DNA from: Octopus vulgaris
Lineage: Eukaryota
Direction: 5' to 3'
Length of the DNA: 64,000 nt
Assembly (NCBI GenBank): GCA_951406725.2
Contig: OX597842.1
Span: 7,564,001 to 7,628,000 of the forward strand
The translations under genes were made by a program, and so were the position numbers. Below the pieces are notes generated by a model that did not search any database, was not told the DNA's origin, and saw only the letters and a list, made by a program, of their open reading frames with translations. Of the stretch, positions 38,456 through 55,300 are shown in pieces. Positions within the stretch are counted from its first letter, which is position 1; each line of letters opens with the position of its first letter.

Positions 38456-39693
38456 CTAAAGGGAGAAGTAAGAATACATATACAGACATGCCATCAGTTG
38501 ATGAATAAACAGAGAGATGGGTGAGTAGGTTGTAGGCCAAGCCAAGAAGTCAGTCAGAAGCAGCCGTTGGGTAGACAGAGTCAGTAAAATGTACAGACTC
38601 TGATTAAATGCAAGCCTTACTGGCACTTGTGCCAGTGTGTAGGTGACACGTAGAAAAAGAAAAACACGATTTTCCTTGACCATTGCCAGTACCGCCTGAC
38701 AGGCCCTCGTGCTGGTGGCACGTAAAAGCACCCACTCCACTCTCGGAGTGGTTGGCATGAGGAAGGGCATCCAGCTGTAGAAACTCTGCCAGATCAAGAT
38801 TGGAGCCTGGTGCAGCCATTTGGTTCGCCAGACCTCGGTCAAATCGTCCAACCCATTCTAGCATGGAAAGCGGACGTTAAACGACGACGATGATGATGAT
38901 GATAATGTAATTTAACGCATTGCAATTTCCAAATTCACAGATATTTAATTTGACTGTTGTCTGCATTGAAAACAATAAGAAATGAAATGAAAGGAGAGAA
39001 AAGAAAAGAATGAGAGGAGGAGGAAAGAAGGATAAAAGGGAAGATGCAACAGAGAAATAGGGAGAGTCAGACAGAAGATAAACAGAGGGACACTGACGGG
39101 CAGTTAGGCAGAAAGATACATCATCATCATCGTTTAACGTCCATTTTCCATGCTAGCATGGGTTTGACGGTTTGACCGGGGTCTGGGACGCCAGGAGGCT
39201 GCACCAGGCTCCAGTCTGATCTGGCAGTGTTTCTACAGCTGGATGCCCTTCCTAACGCCAACCACTCCATGAGTGTAGTGGGTGCTTTTTACGTGCCACC
39301 GGCACAGGGGCCAGAGGAGGCTGGCAATGGCCACAGTCAGTTGGTGTTTTTACGTGTCACCGACACAGACATACATACATAAACAGGCATAGAGATAGAT
39401 ATGTAAATAGACAGACAGACAGACATCGATAGAGATTTAGATAGATAGAAAGACTGATGTATATAGACAGGCAGACAAGTACGTAGACAGACACACAGAC
39501 ACTCAAACAGAAAGAATAACAAAAAAGAAAGAAAGAAAAGCTAGAAATATAGATCAGTTCTATACAGAAGGACAATACCTATACCTATTTCTTTACTGCC
39601 CACAAGGGGCTAAACACAGAGGGGACAAACAAGGACAGACAAACGGATTAAGTCGATTATATCGACCCCAGTGCGTAACTGGTACTTATTTAA

Positions 39694-39913
39694 CCCTTTA
39701 GTGTTCAGATTACTCTATCAAATGTAATACTTATTCACTCAAATTGTTTTGAATTAATCCTGCATTATCTTATAGCTTTGAGGTTTCAATGATGTGATTG
39801 TTTATTTTTAGAATGTCACTGTAGGTTAGGTGTGAGAGGCTAGATATTTCCAGTTTGAATATAAGACATGTAGAGTATTTGGGCTGGATATGGCCGGATT
39901 AAACACTAAAGGG
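39694..39913. mobile_element. piggyBac-like MITE inserted at the TTAA of a SINE
   Basis: TTAA|CCCTTTAGTG...CACTAAAGGG|TTAA; removing it restores TACTTATTTAATCGACCCC, seen intact near 40092. Confidence 0.85.
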
Positions 39914-40315
39914 TTAATCGACCCCGAAAGGATGAAAGGCAAAGTCGACCTCGGTGGAATTTGAACTCAGAATGTTAACGGCAGACGAAATACCTATTTC
40001 TTTACTGCCCGCAAGGGGCTAAACACAGAGGGGACAAACAAGAACAGACAAACGGATTAAGTCGATTATATCGACCCCAGTGCGTAGCTGGTACTTATTT
40101 AATCAACCCCGAAAGGATGAAAGGCAAAGTTGACCTCAACGGAATTTGAACTCAGAACGTAACGGCAGACGAAATACGGCTACGCATTTCGCCCGGTGTG
40201 CTAACGATTCTGCCAGCTCGCCACCTATAGATCAATACCTATACCAACAGCAAAATTACAGAGCAACTCCTTAGATCATTCATATTATGTGGGATTTCAA
40301 TAATGTTGTCCTTAC

Positions 40316-40426
40316 CTTATTTGCAAACTTCTTGTTCAATGTTTCAACTGTTGCCCCAGTGAAATTGATGTGAAAGATGTGGGGTTTAATGCGAACAGTG
40401 TCTTTCATTTCAGCCAACACAAACAT
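40316..40426 (-). CDS. POLR3H: RPC8 coding exon 1
   Basis: MFVLAEMKDTVRIKPHIFHINFTGATVETLNKKFANK; 111 nt, then GTAAG. The seven exons sum to 612 nt = 203 aa + stop. An acceptor at 40482 implies an upstream UTR exon. Confidence 0.95.
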
Positions 40427-41018
40427 CGTTGAGCCCTTGGGGATTTTCAGATTTCGGGGAGGGGCCTTTGCTTCCACAGACCTTTATAAAGAGAGAGATC
40501 AGTAAAAGTTAGTTTGGTAGTGAAAAGATCAATGTTTAATCCTTTAGTATTTTTCAAAAGGCCAGGGGTGGCTGTGTGGTAAGAAGCTTGTTCCCCAACC
40601 ATATGGTTCCAGTTCAGTCCCACTGCATGACATCTTGGGCAAGTATCTTCGACTATAGCCTTGGGCCGACCAAAACTTTGTAAGTGGATTTGGTAGATGG
40701 AAACCGAAAGAAACCTGAATAAATCAACCACAGTTCTTTTTTTTAGTATAATTTTAGTCAGGAACAAAGAAGAGATGCACTATGATAGGCGTAGGAGTGG
40801 CTGTGTGGTAAGTAGCTTGCTTACGAACAACATGGTTCTGGGTTCAGTCCCACTGTGTGACACCTTGGGCAAGCGTTTCCTACTATAGCCCTGGGTTGAC
40901 CAAAGCTTTGTGAGTAGTTTTGGTAGGCGGAAACTGAAAGAAACTGGTCGTAAATAAAAGTGTGTGCATGCAAGGAAAACGGATGTTAAATGATGATGAT
41001 GATATATATATATATATA

Positions 41019-41512
41019 CTAGCAGTATCGCCCGGCGTTGCTTGGGTTTGTAAGGGAAATAACTATATAAGCTTTTTAGAGAGTTATAGCCAAAAAATAG
41101 CAAAAAAATGCATTAAAAATGGGAAAAAAATGATGGTAAATTTTTTTTTAATCGTTGACTCATTGTAGACATTCTTAGAAAGTTACTTCCCTTATATAAT
41201 AGCGAAAAAAATGCATTAAAATGGAAAAAAATGATGGTAATTTTTTTTTAAATCGTTGACTCATCGTAGACATTTTTAGAGAGTTACTTCCCTTATATAA
41301 TAGAGAAAAAATGCATTAAAATGGGAAAAAATGGTAAATTTTTTTTAAAATCGTAGACTCAACGTAGACGCGCGCTAATACCCAGAAGGGCTTGATATGA
41401 ATCACGACTATAAGATACCCGGTTTTGGTTAAACTGCACCGCAAAATGTGGGAGTAGTTAGGAATCTAAATCGTAGGAGACAGACACACAACCTCACTTT
41501 TATATATAAAGA
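41019..41512 (-). mobile_element. Non-autonomous Helitron
   Basis: A|TCTTTATATATAAAA start; CCCAAGCAACGCCGGG hairpin and CTAG|T end; close relative at 58583-58971. Confidence 0.8.
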
Positions 41513-41662
41513 TGTGTGTGTGTGTGTGTCTTTGTCCCCCACTACGTTTGACAACCTGTGCCGGTGTTTATGTTGGCGTAAGGTAGAGGTTCGGCAAAAG
41601 GAAGATTAAGTACTAGGCTTGAGAAAATAAGTACTAGGGGTTGATTTGTTCGACTAAAACTC

Positions 41663-42254
41663 GGTACTACTTGAGAACAGTGGTCCCAGTGCGCGCACTC
41701 GCGTACTCGCGCAACCTAGTCGTGACTAGTCGATCCAACAACGACTATCTAGCAAGGTAAACAAAACAAAATAAATAATTGGTACCACTAGCGAACAGTG
41801 GTCCCGGTGCGCGCACTCGCGCTAGCTAGTCAAAACGACTTGTACGTACGTTTGTATTTCAAGGCTGAATACATAAATTATTTTTATAAACAAACTGAGG
41901 TTAGGGTTAGGGTTAAAAAGTCGTTGTAGGATCGACTACTTACGACTAGCTAGTGCGAGTGCGCGCACCGGGACCACTGTTCGCTAGTAGTACCAAATAA
42001 TTTTTTTACACAAAGTAAATAAAACAAAAACACAAAGTAAGGATCGACTAGTCATGACTAGCTAGCGCGGATGCGCGAGTACGCTAGTGCGAGTGCGCGC
42101 ACCGGGACCACTGTTCGCTAGTAGAACCAAATAATTTTTTTACACAAAGTAAATAAAACAAAAACACAAAGTAAGGATCGACTAGTCATGACTAGCTAGC
42201 GCGGATACGCTAGTGCGAGTGCGCGCACCGGGACCACTGTTCTCAAGTAGTACC
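41663..42254. mobile_element. Merlin-like MITE with 9 bp TSD and internal TTAGGG repeats
   Basis: TIR GGTACTACTTGAGAACAGTGGTCCC; TSD CTAAAACTC at 41654-41662 and 42255-42263; reiterated internal ends; GGTTAGGGTTAGGGTT at 41899. Confidence 0.85.
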
Positions 42255-42341
42255 CTAAAACTCTTCAAGGTGATGCCCCAGCATGACCGCAGTCAAATGC
42301 TTGAAATAAGTAAAAGATAGAAAAGACAAAGAACGTCTCAC

Positions 42342-42620
42342 CTTATAATAATCTCTCAAAGCACGTGTTGTCAGCATGTATGTATATATATGTGTATATA
42401 TACATTTGAATATATATTAATAGAGATGCGTTTGGGATGATATTGGGACGACTAGTTACTTAAAATAAAGAGGAAATATGACGGTTTAACTGATACAGTC
42501 GCTCTAACATTTCGACAAGATCGGAGTTTCGCGTCGAAGAAACAATAACAGAAATATATTCAAGAGTTTAGATTTAGCAAAAGCCAAACAGGAAGTTGAT
42601 TAAACGGTGCTTTGTTTTAC
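42342..42620 (-). promoter_or_regulatory. Candidate POLR3H 5'UTR exon/promoter
   Basis: Minus-strand donor AAG|GTGAGA at 42342/42341; locally CpG-retaining unique sequence with a CAGGAAGT ETS-like motif. Confidence 0.3.
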
Positions 42621-42669
42621 CTCAAAAAAAAATATGTACCGTTTTAATATTTTTCCGAGTAAGAAACTC

Positions 42670-43755
42670 GGATCTTTTCCTTTTCAACGGCACATGTCAA
42701 CACAATTTCTGGTTAACTAAACACTTTTAAACTTCGTATACTGGTAGAATGTGTTTATAAAACATCATTTTTCTCTTGGCTTTATTGGGAAAATTCTATA
42801 GTTTGTAAGATATTTCGACTTTAATTTCGAGCATTTCGGCAATTTTAACCAATCGCTGACCTCCATTTAGGTGAACAACATTCCGTACTGTATGAATATG
42901 TCCCTCGTTTAAGAAACAGATTGGGTTTATTTACATTTGCGAAGAAAAAAAGATACCCTTCCCCCACCCCTAGCCCTAACCCTAACCCTAGCCCTAACCA
43001 TAATCCTAACCATAACTCTAACCCTAACCCTAAAATAGATTGAAATGCAATAGATCGATACTAGGATTATAATTATGGGTGACAATTTCATACGACACCA
43101 CTACCCAAAATGGGATTTTTTTCTAGCGGTGTCAAATGAAATTATAACCCTAGTATCGATCTATTGCATTTCAATCTATTTTAGGGTTAGGGTTAGAGTT
43201 ATGGTTAGGGGTGGGAGAAGGGTATTTTTTTTTCTTCAAAATGTAAATAAACCCAATCTGTTTCTTAAACGAGGGACATATTCATACAGCATGGAATGTT
43301 TTCACCTCAAATGGAGGTCAGCGATTGGTTAAAATTGCCGAAATGCTCGAAATTTCAGACGAAATATCTTACAAACCATAGAATTTTCTCAATAAAGCCA
43401 AGAAAAAATGATGTTTTATAAACACATTCTACCAGTATACGAAGTTTAAAAGTGTTTAGTTAACTAGAAATCGTGTTGAAAACTGTCGTTCAAAAGGAAA
43501 AGATTCAGTTAGGGTTAGGATCAGTGACAGGATGTCTCAGTTTTAGACGCAGCAAATGATTTTAGCTAAATAGAAGCAACCGATTGATTAAAATTCGAAA
43601 GATTAAACTACGTTAAACTTACAAATTACAATTTTCTCAAGAAAGCCAAGAGAAAAAATGTTTTATTTTGACACATTCTACCAGTATACGAAGTTTAAAA
43701 GTGTTTAGTTAACTAGAAATTGTGTTGAAAACTGCCGTTCAAACGGAAAAGATCC
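42670..43755. mobile_element. Foldback element with 8 bp TSD and telomeric-type repeats
   Basis: GGATCTTTTCC / GGAAAAGATCC ends; TSD AGAAACTC at 42662-42669 and 43756-43763; ~400 bp inverted arms; (CCCTAA)n at 42968-43033 and (TTAGGG)n at 43181-43210. Confidence 0.85.
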
Positions 43756-43790
43756 AGAAACTCTGTGCCATATTCTCATGTGGTTTACCT

Positions 43791-46160
43791 CTGTGGTTCT
43801 CAACCTTTTTCACCATCGGGCCCACTTTTTATGACCAAAAGATCCCAGGGCAACTGACCTCTAAACCAGTTATCCGACCCTCTTCCGGAATATAAAACCC
43901 CATAAAGTAGTGACTGTTTCCACATGCCCGCTTCATGTACGGGTGCAATAAAAACTACGTCAGTGTTATAACATCTTGTTTATGGAACCGGCAAACAAAC
44001 AAAAAAACATCTAAAAATGGAAGAAAAGTATATTTACACTTTTATTTACAAGAAATGAAGAAGCAATTTAATTAATCGCTACATTGCAGCTGGTGTTTTT
44101 TAATTAGGTTATCAATTTGAACTTCAAAGGATTCGTTCAACTTGAGACGCAAATCTCTTCTTTTCACAATTTGAAGAACATTGTGGGGGGGGGGTGAAAA
44201 TGTCCGCTCACTGTGGAAAATCCAGCTTCAACTAACCAGGATGTTGGAAAACAGACGAGGAATGAGATTGCTTCATGAAAAAGTGTTGGAAATGTCTTTA
44301 CATGCAGCCAACCACGAAGGTTTTCTCTATCCAATTTCATCATTAAGATTGCATTCTCCTTAAGATCAAAAAAATTGGTTGGACGTTTGGGATTTGCGTC
44401 CCCGTCACTTGGCGGTTCGGCAAGGGAGACCGATGGAGTGGGTACTGGGCTTACAAAGAATAAGTCCCGGGGACGATTTGCTCAACTAAAGGCGGTGCTC
44501 CAGCATGGCTGCAGTCAAATGATTGAAACAAGTAAAAGAGTAAAAGAGTATATATATAAATATATGTATGTATTTATATATATAGATGCATTTCCGTGCT
44601 GGTGGCACGTAAAATGCACCAATCCGACCGTGGCCGTTGCCAGCCTCGCCTGGCACCTGTACAGGTGGCACGTAAAAAGCACCCACTACACTCACGGAGT
44701 GGTTGGCGTTAGGAAGGGCATCCAGCTGTAGAAACATTGCCAGATAAGACTGGAGCCTGGTGCAGCCTTCCGGCTTCCCAGATCCCCGGTCGAACCGTCT
44801 AACCCATGCTAGCATGGAGAACGGACGTTAAACGATGATGATGATGATGATGATGATGATAGTGATGAAGGTCAAAAAACCACTTCAGTGGCTTCAAGTG
44901 GAATATATCCTGGAAGCGTCTTCTCACATCCATACTCTTCAAATGGCTGACACAACTGATGATGGTTGTTATCACAAGATGTCCCCTTTGGAGCTGAGTT
45001 ACCCATAAACCAAGCTTGTTTATGAATGACCGTGTCTTCTCAGTACAGTCCACTGTCGTTGCGCTGCATACTTGAATAAATTTATTTAAAGCATTGACCT
45101 ATGAGAAAATGTCGGCAAGGTAGAAAATTCTTGTCTTTGTGTCAATATCATGCATAGCCTCAAGCAGGAAGTTTGTCTTTTCCTTTTGCTTCCGTCGGCT
45201 TGCTTAAAGGTGCATGTTCTCGGGGAAATGCAGAAGCGTATCCCACATTTGTACAAGGCGTGTGAGACAACCGCCTTTTGACAGCCATCGAACTTCTGTA
45301 TGTAACAAAAGCATTTGGTCCTCCTCATTTTCACAGAATTGTGAAAATAGCCTTTCGTTGAGAGCATTAACTTTGACAAAATTGACAGATGAAATTGCCA
45401 ATTGGAGGGCACTCTCCATTAAACTATTGAGTGATTAAGCAGCAAGGTATTGTCTCACTTTTTGTATCAGTTAATGCTTTCATAAAGAGCATTTCTTCTC
45501 ATATAGTCAGCTCTTCGATAAAGCGAACATAGGCAAGCAGCAGTTATGAAGAGTTGTTTCATCAATTTGTAGAGAAAACTTAAAGAATTTAAGCTTGACC
45601 ACCCATCGTTCGTCCAGATTTTCAGCCATCTCTTCCTGCTTTCTTTTAACAGTGTCTATTGGACAAAGGGACTCTTTGTAGAACAGTGGCAGCCTCTTCT
45701 CCAAGTATTTCTTTTACACACACCAAAATTACTGGTTTAACAAGAATTTAAGTGATTGAGTGAGCTTTACTTGCCTTTGCAACTAATTCACTCACTGCGT
45801 ACCTTGCTCCCAGGGCCTTTTTCCCAACGTTGATTTTTTTTCTTTCTTTATGAATACTTCTAATGGCAATTATTCATTTTTCCACCGCATCTCCAACTTC
45901 TTTTCAAAATAATCAAGACTTCTTCCAACGGAACCAGAGTGTATCAGTTGCTAATGGGACATTAATTTCGATTTCTTCATGGAATCATTCGTCATCACCA
46001 ATCCACAATCCAAGCATTCTGGTTTATTTGTATCGCTGTATGATGGTGCAAAACCGAGGAGTATGTAGTCTTGGTTGTACGATTGGGTAAACTTCCTTTT
46101 TCTTTTGAAATTGATGACATCATGTTGCAAAATTTGACCTTTTATGATTATTCTCATAAC
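43791..46160 (-). mobile_element. Degraded hAT Buster/Charlie transposase relic
   Basis: YNQDYILLGF...PECLDCG...SMKKSKLMSH, FSLQIDETT, LLLHTEVRWLSKG; Charlie-like end CTGTGGTTCTCAACC at 43791; SINE insertions. Confidence 0.75.
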
Positions 46161-47266
46161 ATGGTTCTAATTGAATGCATTAAATGTAAGTCGCTAGCGT
46201 CATTTTATATCAATGTTCATTGCACTATCAAATTTTCTTAAAAAACTGAATGCTATATTATTAGGCATCTAGAAACTACTGTGTGCATATTAGTAGCATC
46301 ATACATTGTTCGCTTTCCAGACATTTCTACATTACTGCATGTACTTTATATGCACTTTCTGACAAGTTGTGGTGCACCTGAGCACTGTATACAATAATTT
46401 CATTATTATTATTATTATTATAAACGTTGAGTTAAGAGAAGTGGAATGACAAAAATTTAGGTTTGAAATTAATACTTTATTCAGTCACGACTTGTAATTT
46501 GATATAATTTTAGTGGAATAATGGTTTTGTCGCATGATTACATACCTGGTATAGGAATTTCTTAGCTACGCCCAATGACAGGTTTCAGCCAATCCTTATT
46601 GAAGGATCACCCATTTATCGTTTTATCCGTAATCTGCACAGTGTCTTCCGAATTATTTGCAACACAAATTGTAATTTGTGACTGAATTAATCTCAAGTTA
46701 TTTCCAAAGTGAAGGTAAGATCTTTATTTTGTCCATTGACTTTAGAGTTGCAGTTGTTAAAGTAACTCCGAAAAGCCTATCAATGAAATTCTCTCCTACA
46801 TGGACAGGGTGGGGTTGCTTGAACCAGTATTCTGCTGCATGTAGTTTTTTCTTCCTTTTGTGCTGAATCCATCTTTTGTTTGTGGGACAGAATTTTTCAT
46901 TAAATTCTGCAGACCAGTTATAAATATCTGCCTTATTTCTGCATTAATATAGTACATTTATTAGATAATTTAATTACTTAGTCACATAAAATCCATGCCT
47001 TTCATAGACACATTTTTTGTTAACAGTTTCAAAACCTGAGTTCCTTCAGCATGGTGAAAGAACTGAATCACAAGATCTTCTGGCAAATGGCAAGGTCTAA
47101 GCTGTTGATGTAAAACATTGTAGGACGGAGTTCATCCTGTATCATTTCAACTGTGTTCTTCAAAGATGATGCAACACTAATCCGTTTGTCTGTCCTTGTT
47201 TGCCCCCTCTATGTTTAGCCCCTTGTGGGCAGTAAAAAACAAGGATCTTTTCCTTTAGATAGACAG

Positions 47267-50454
<3,188 letters not shown>

Positions 50455-50925
50455 CCTCTTCGGAGTGTTTCACCATGCACACACACACATCGCGTATATA
50501 TAATCGCTTTCCAAGGCAACGGCGAAAGCAAACAGTAACAGGATGTTGTCTGAGTTTTTAGCAAAGAAAATTGTTTTTAATTGCAAAATACCGATTTTTA
50601 GCAATTTTCTGGAATCTCCATATCTGAAAACACGGGTTTTTAGCAAAGAAAATAAAAATAAAAAAACATTAATTGATGCTTTCTAATTTTTCAATATTTT
50701 TCAATACAAAGGTTGTATCTATCAACAATATCCATCCTTAGACATCAAAAAAGTCATAAATGCAAAAAAAAAATGGAATTCAAATATGTAGATGAAATTT
50801 TTAAGGGAAAAATGAAATTAACGAAACTCGACAAAATAAAAACACGACTGACTGAGCATAACATATTTCCTTATTGTTTAGGATTCCTATTAACTTGTCT
50901 AGGTTGGACTCCAGTTCAATAAAAG

Positions 50926-51470
50926 TTATGATGAGGAACCAAACGTTTATGTAATTATGGGAATAAATTATGGGAATAAATTAAAATAAAATTTGCGTGC
51001 AGAAATGGAATAGTCAAGATGGAATGGACTATTCCATTTCTGCACCAACATATACACACACACACACATACCACCCCCCGCACACCACTTGCTAGTAGAT
51101 CCTACAACCACTCCCTGGCGCGAGTGTGCTATGTAGGTTTTTTTCCTACATAAATAATTTTTTCTAAACAACCTAAATACACGGCAAGTACCCCCATCAT
51201 ACTCAAAATTACATAAACCTTTGGTACCTCATCATAATTACATAAACCTTTGGTACCTCATCATTTGGTACCTTTGGTACCTCATCATAACTTGGGTTTT
51301 TTCTAAACAACATAAATAATTTTTTTTACGTTGTTTAATAACTTTCAACCGAAATTGTATGAACATTTGTTATAGGATAGGTAGTCGTTGTAGGAACATT
51401 TGTTATAGGATAGGTAGTCGTTGTATGAACATTTGTTATAGGATAGGTAGTCGTTGTAGGAGCGACTTGT
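50926..51470. repeat. Small inverted-repeat element plus a three-copy ~30 bp tandem repeat
   Basis: GTTATGATGAGGAACCAAACGTTTATGTAATT versus reiterated AATTACATAAACCTTTGGTACCTCATCATAA; GAACATTTGTTATAGGATAGGTAGTCGTTGTA x3 at 51361-51460. Confidence 0.55.
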
Positions 51471-52337
51471 CACACGATTATTGATGATGCAACACTACTC
51501 ATCCGTTTGTCTCCACTTGTTAGCCCCCTCTATGTTATTTCTTGAATATTATTTTCCAGCTCAGTCGCGTCAGTTTTTCTTTTTTTCGTATTTCTGTTTA
51601 ATTAACATGCAGGTGTATCTCAGGTAACATAGTTATGGTGATACAACAGGATAAACCCTGTAGTAGGACAGGTGAGCCAAGGGAAAAGAATGAAACATTC
51701 ACTGAATAAATTAAGATGAATGAAAAGCAATCAAGAACAACACAAAACGAGAAATTATTTTAGATTTTTTTAAAAAGAAATATCAAAAAAAAAACCGCTT
51801 GAAAAAGCAATTCGTTAAATTACTAAAAGTTATGAGGAAAAAAGTCGGGTCGTATGAATTTTCAGAAACTTTCCACACCTCTTCAGAAAAGTTCTTTCCA
51901 ACAAATTCCTATATATTCTGAATCTACAGAATCTAAGCAATTTGTAGAAAATTTCATTGAAAAGTATCTACTTTTCTGGCAGTTAGGCAACAAAGTCGGC
52001 GAGGGTGTATATATGCAAGATTACCACATATTTTTATGGAAATCGCCATCCAAATGGTTCCAGTTTTGGTATACCATCTGCGGAAGATCGCTATTTTTCG
52101 TTTTCATTAAAAAACGATGCTTTTTTTTTTTTAAAGTTACCAATAAAGAAAACCGTTTCGTTTGAATTTTCCAAAACCCCTCACCCCACACGCGGAATTT
52201 TTTTTTATATATAATAAATTCCGATGTAATCGGCATCCATGCCATCTGAAGTGGGATCTGAGGTGAAAACAGTCTGTGCCGTATGAATATGTCCCTCGTT
52301 TAAGAAACAGATTGGGTTTATTTACATTTCTGAAGAA

Positions 52338-55300
52338 ATGCCTACTCCCTTCAAACTGCTTTCAGCCGTCCATTAACCTCTCTCTGCTCCTTTTTTTAAA
52401 AAATCCCGCTTCTCTAGCCACCTCTCTTTTCTAAGCCGCTGCCTACATCACCGCCTCATCCCTAAAGGTTTCCGCCTCCATTTCCACCCTGCTCTCCACT
52501 CTGCTTCTTCCATCTTACCCATACTCCGCACCACATCTTACCGCCTTATGCGTTCCACCATTCGCTCCAATCTCTCTAAACTACATACCATCGACTGCCT
52601 TCTCCCTCCTGCTTTTTCCATCTTTTTCTCCTCTCTGCCACCTTTCCATGCTCAAAACACGCTGCGCTTCATTATCCATTTGAATCACCTCTTCCATCAA
52701 TTTCTTTCCAATACCAAACTTCATAAACTCCAATCAGTCCTCTATTCCACCACACCCGACGCCACTACCCCAACTCCTCCACTACCCTTCTCCCCTCCTG
52801 ATAGGCTCCACCCACCCACACCTAACAACCCCCACACACCTCCCCAATCCCTCCCCGTCAGAACTCCACCAGCCCTACCACCCCTCCTACTCCTATTCCA
52901 TCCACTTCTATTTCACCCACCCCTTCTCCACTTCCGTCTGTTGTTACCATACCCCCTGATCTTCCCCTCTCTGCGGCGGAACGCTCCGTCCTCAGAAGGG
53001 GTCTGCGTTTCATCCCCCTCACTCCATCCTGTAAGGAATTCCAGACGCGTGCTGATGTCCACAGCTTTGTGCGCCGCGTCCGGTTGGGTGCGTTTTTCCG
53101 CGACATGCCACCCGCATCCAACGATGAGGACTACTTCACTGACCTGGGCCGCTGACCATATCTGTGGACGCCTGCCCCCCGGCCAGTTCCTAGCAGTGGA
53201 TCTTTTCGCGGGTGCCTGTCAGCGTGCGTTGGAGCGGTTCAACTTCTCCAGGCGCCACCACCGCGTCAACATCTCCCCAGCTGAGCTCTCGGCTCTTCGT
53301 TCCCTCCAACGGCGCGCTGACATTATCATCAAACCGGCTGACAAGGGTGGAGCTGTGGTGGTGTAGCGCACAGACCTCTACAGGGCTGAGGCGCTCCGCC
53401 AACTCAATGACACCTCCTTCTACTCCCCTCTGTCCTCTAACCCCACGCTTAGCTACCAACAGACGGTATCCTCTACTGTCCACGACCTCATCTCGTCCTC
53501 CCGTCTCACCCACACCGCATCCAACCTCATTGTCCGAACCCCACCGTTTTCTTCCTCCCCAAAATACACAAACCCAACAACCTTGGCCGCCTCATCATCT
53601 CCTCCTGTAACTGCCCCACGGAGCTCATCTCAAAATACCTCGACCGTGTCCTTGCCCCCCTAGTGGCGTCTCTTCCCTCCCACATCCACGACACCAACCA
53701 TGCTCTCTGGTTTTTCAACTCTTTCTCCTTTCCTCCCGGCTCCTCCACAATACTTTTTACAATGGACATCCAGAGCCTCTATACCGTCATCCCTCACCAC
53801 AAAGGATGCGGGCACTTCAACACTTTCTCGACCTCCGCCCCAACCCCGAACCTGACACCTCCACACTCATTCGTCTGGCCGAACTTGTCCTTTCTCTTAA
53901 CTGCTTCTCGTTCGCGGGCGAGTTCTACCAACAGTTCTCGGGAGTGGCCATGGGAACACGAATGGGCCCCAACTATGCGAACCTGTTCGTTGGCTATGTG
54001 AGGCCCAAATATTCTCTAGTTTCACTGGTCCCACTCCCGAACTATACGGTCGTTACATTGACATTATCGGTGCCACCTCACTCTCCCGTGAACATCTAGA
54101 TTCCTTCCTCTCTTTTGTTCAATCCTTCCATCCTGCTCTCCAATTCACATCCACTATCTCCAACACCTCTGTCTCCTTCCTCGACATTTCAGTCAGCATT
54201 CATCACTCCACTCTTACCACCTCCATTCACTACAAACACACAGACTCACACTCATACCTAAACTTCTCTTCCTCTCACCCCAAACACACCAAGCTTTCCA
54301 TCCCCTATTCCCAATTCCTCCGTCTGCATAGGCTCTGTAGTGACGACCATGACTTTAAGACTCAGTCTCAACTCATGGCTCGCTACTTCATCCTACGTGG
54401 ATACCCCTTCACCACTATCCACACCACCCTTCCCAGAGCACGTTCCGTAGACCGTGCATCTGCTCTCTCCCCCCGAACCCGCCCTGTAGTCTCCCGCCTC
54501 CCTTTTCCCATCACTTACCACCCCACCACCCTACCTCTCCAACGCACCATTCTTCGAGCTTTCCGGCATCTCCAGTCTGACTCGTCCACTTCACACCTCT
54601 TCCCCTAACTAACCCCTCCCCTCCTTCAAACGCGCCCATAACCTACGAGACCTCTTGGTCCACAGCTTCTTCCCTGACCCTACCTCCCAACCTGGCTCGT
54701 TCCCCTTCTCCCGCCCACGTTTCCACACTTGCCCTTACCTCTCCAACACCACCCTCCTCACTGGCACCCATCATCGACCCTATCGCATCATCAACTCCTT
54801 CACCTGCACCTCCAGCAATATCATCTGTTGCATCTCCTGCTCTCTCTGCCATTCCCTGTACATCGGACAAACGGGACGCCGCTTGGCTGACCGGTTCGCG
54901 GGACACCTCCGAGACATCCGCCTGGCCAATGACACACCGGTCTCATGCCATTTCCGCTCCACCGATCACTCCTTGGAACACCTTTCTGTGTTCGGATTGT
55001 CCTTGTACAGAGGCCATCCAGATTCCCGTTTGCGCCATGAACAGGGATTAATTTTCTCTCTTCGCTCTTTTACGCCATTTGGTCTCACACCCCCCCATTT
55101 TTTTTCATCTAGCCTCCCCCCCCGACTCCTACTTCTCTTCAGTCCTTCATCTTTTCATCCCTACTCTCTTTCTTCTTTCTTCTTCCCTCTTTCCCTTCTC
55201 TCTTTTGCTCTGCTCCCTCACTCCCCTTATCTCCCCTCCCCCTCCCTTCCTCTCCCCACAACCCCCACTCTACCCCAACCCCCAGCCGAACGCACACCCC

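Noticed and set aside
40427-40477. N-terminal extension of RPC8 from the ORF track (MEAKAPP...)
   Set aside because: Starts at a GTG inside the 5'UTR; homology begins at MFVL (40426).
42968-43210. Telomere or chromosome-fusion site
   Set aside because: Short degenerate repeats inside a TSD-bounded foldback element, and oriented CCCTAA then TTAGGG, opposite to an end-to-end fusion.
46540-47170. Possible minus-strand coding segment (NKADIYNWSAEFNEKF...)
   Set aside because: Interrupted by stops and frameshifts and not recognisable; probably an old transposon remnant.
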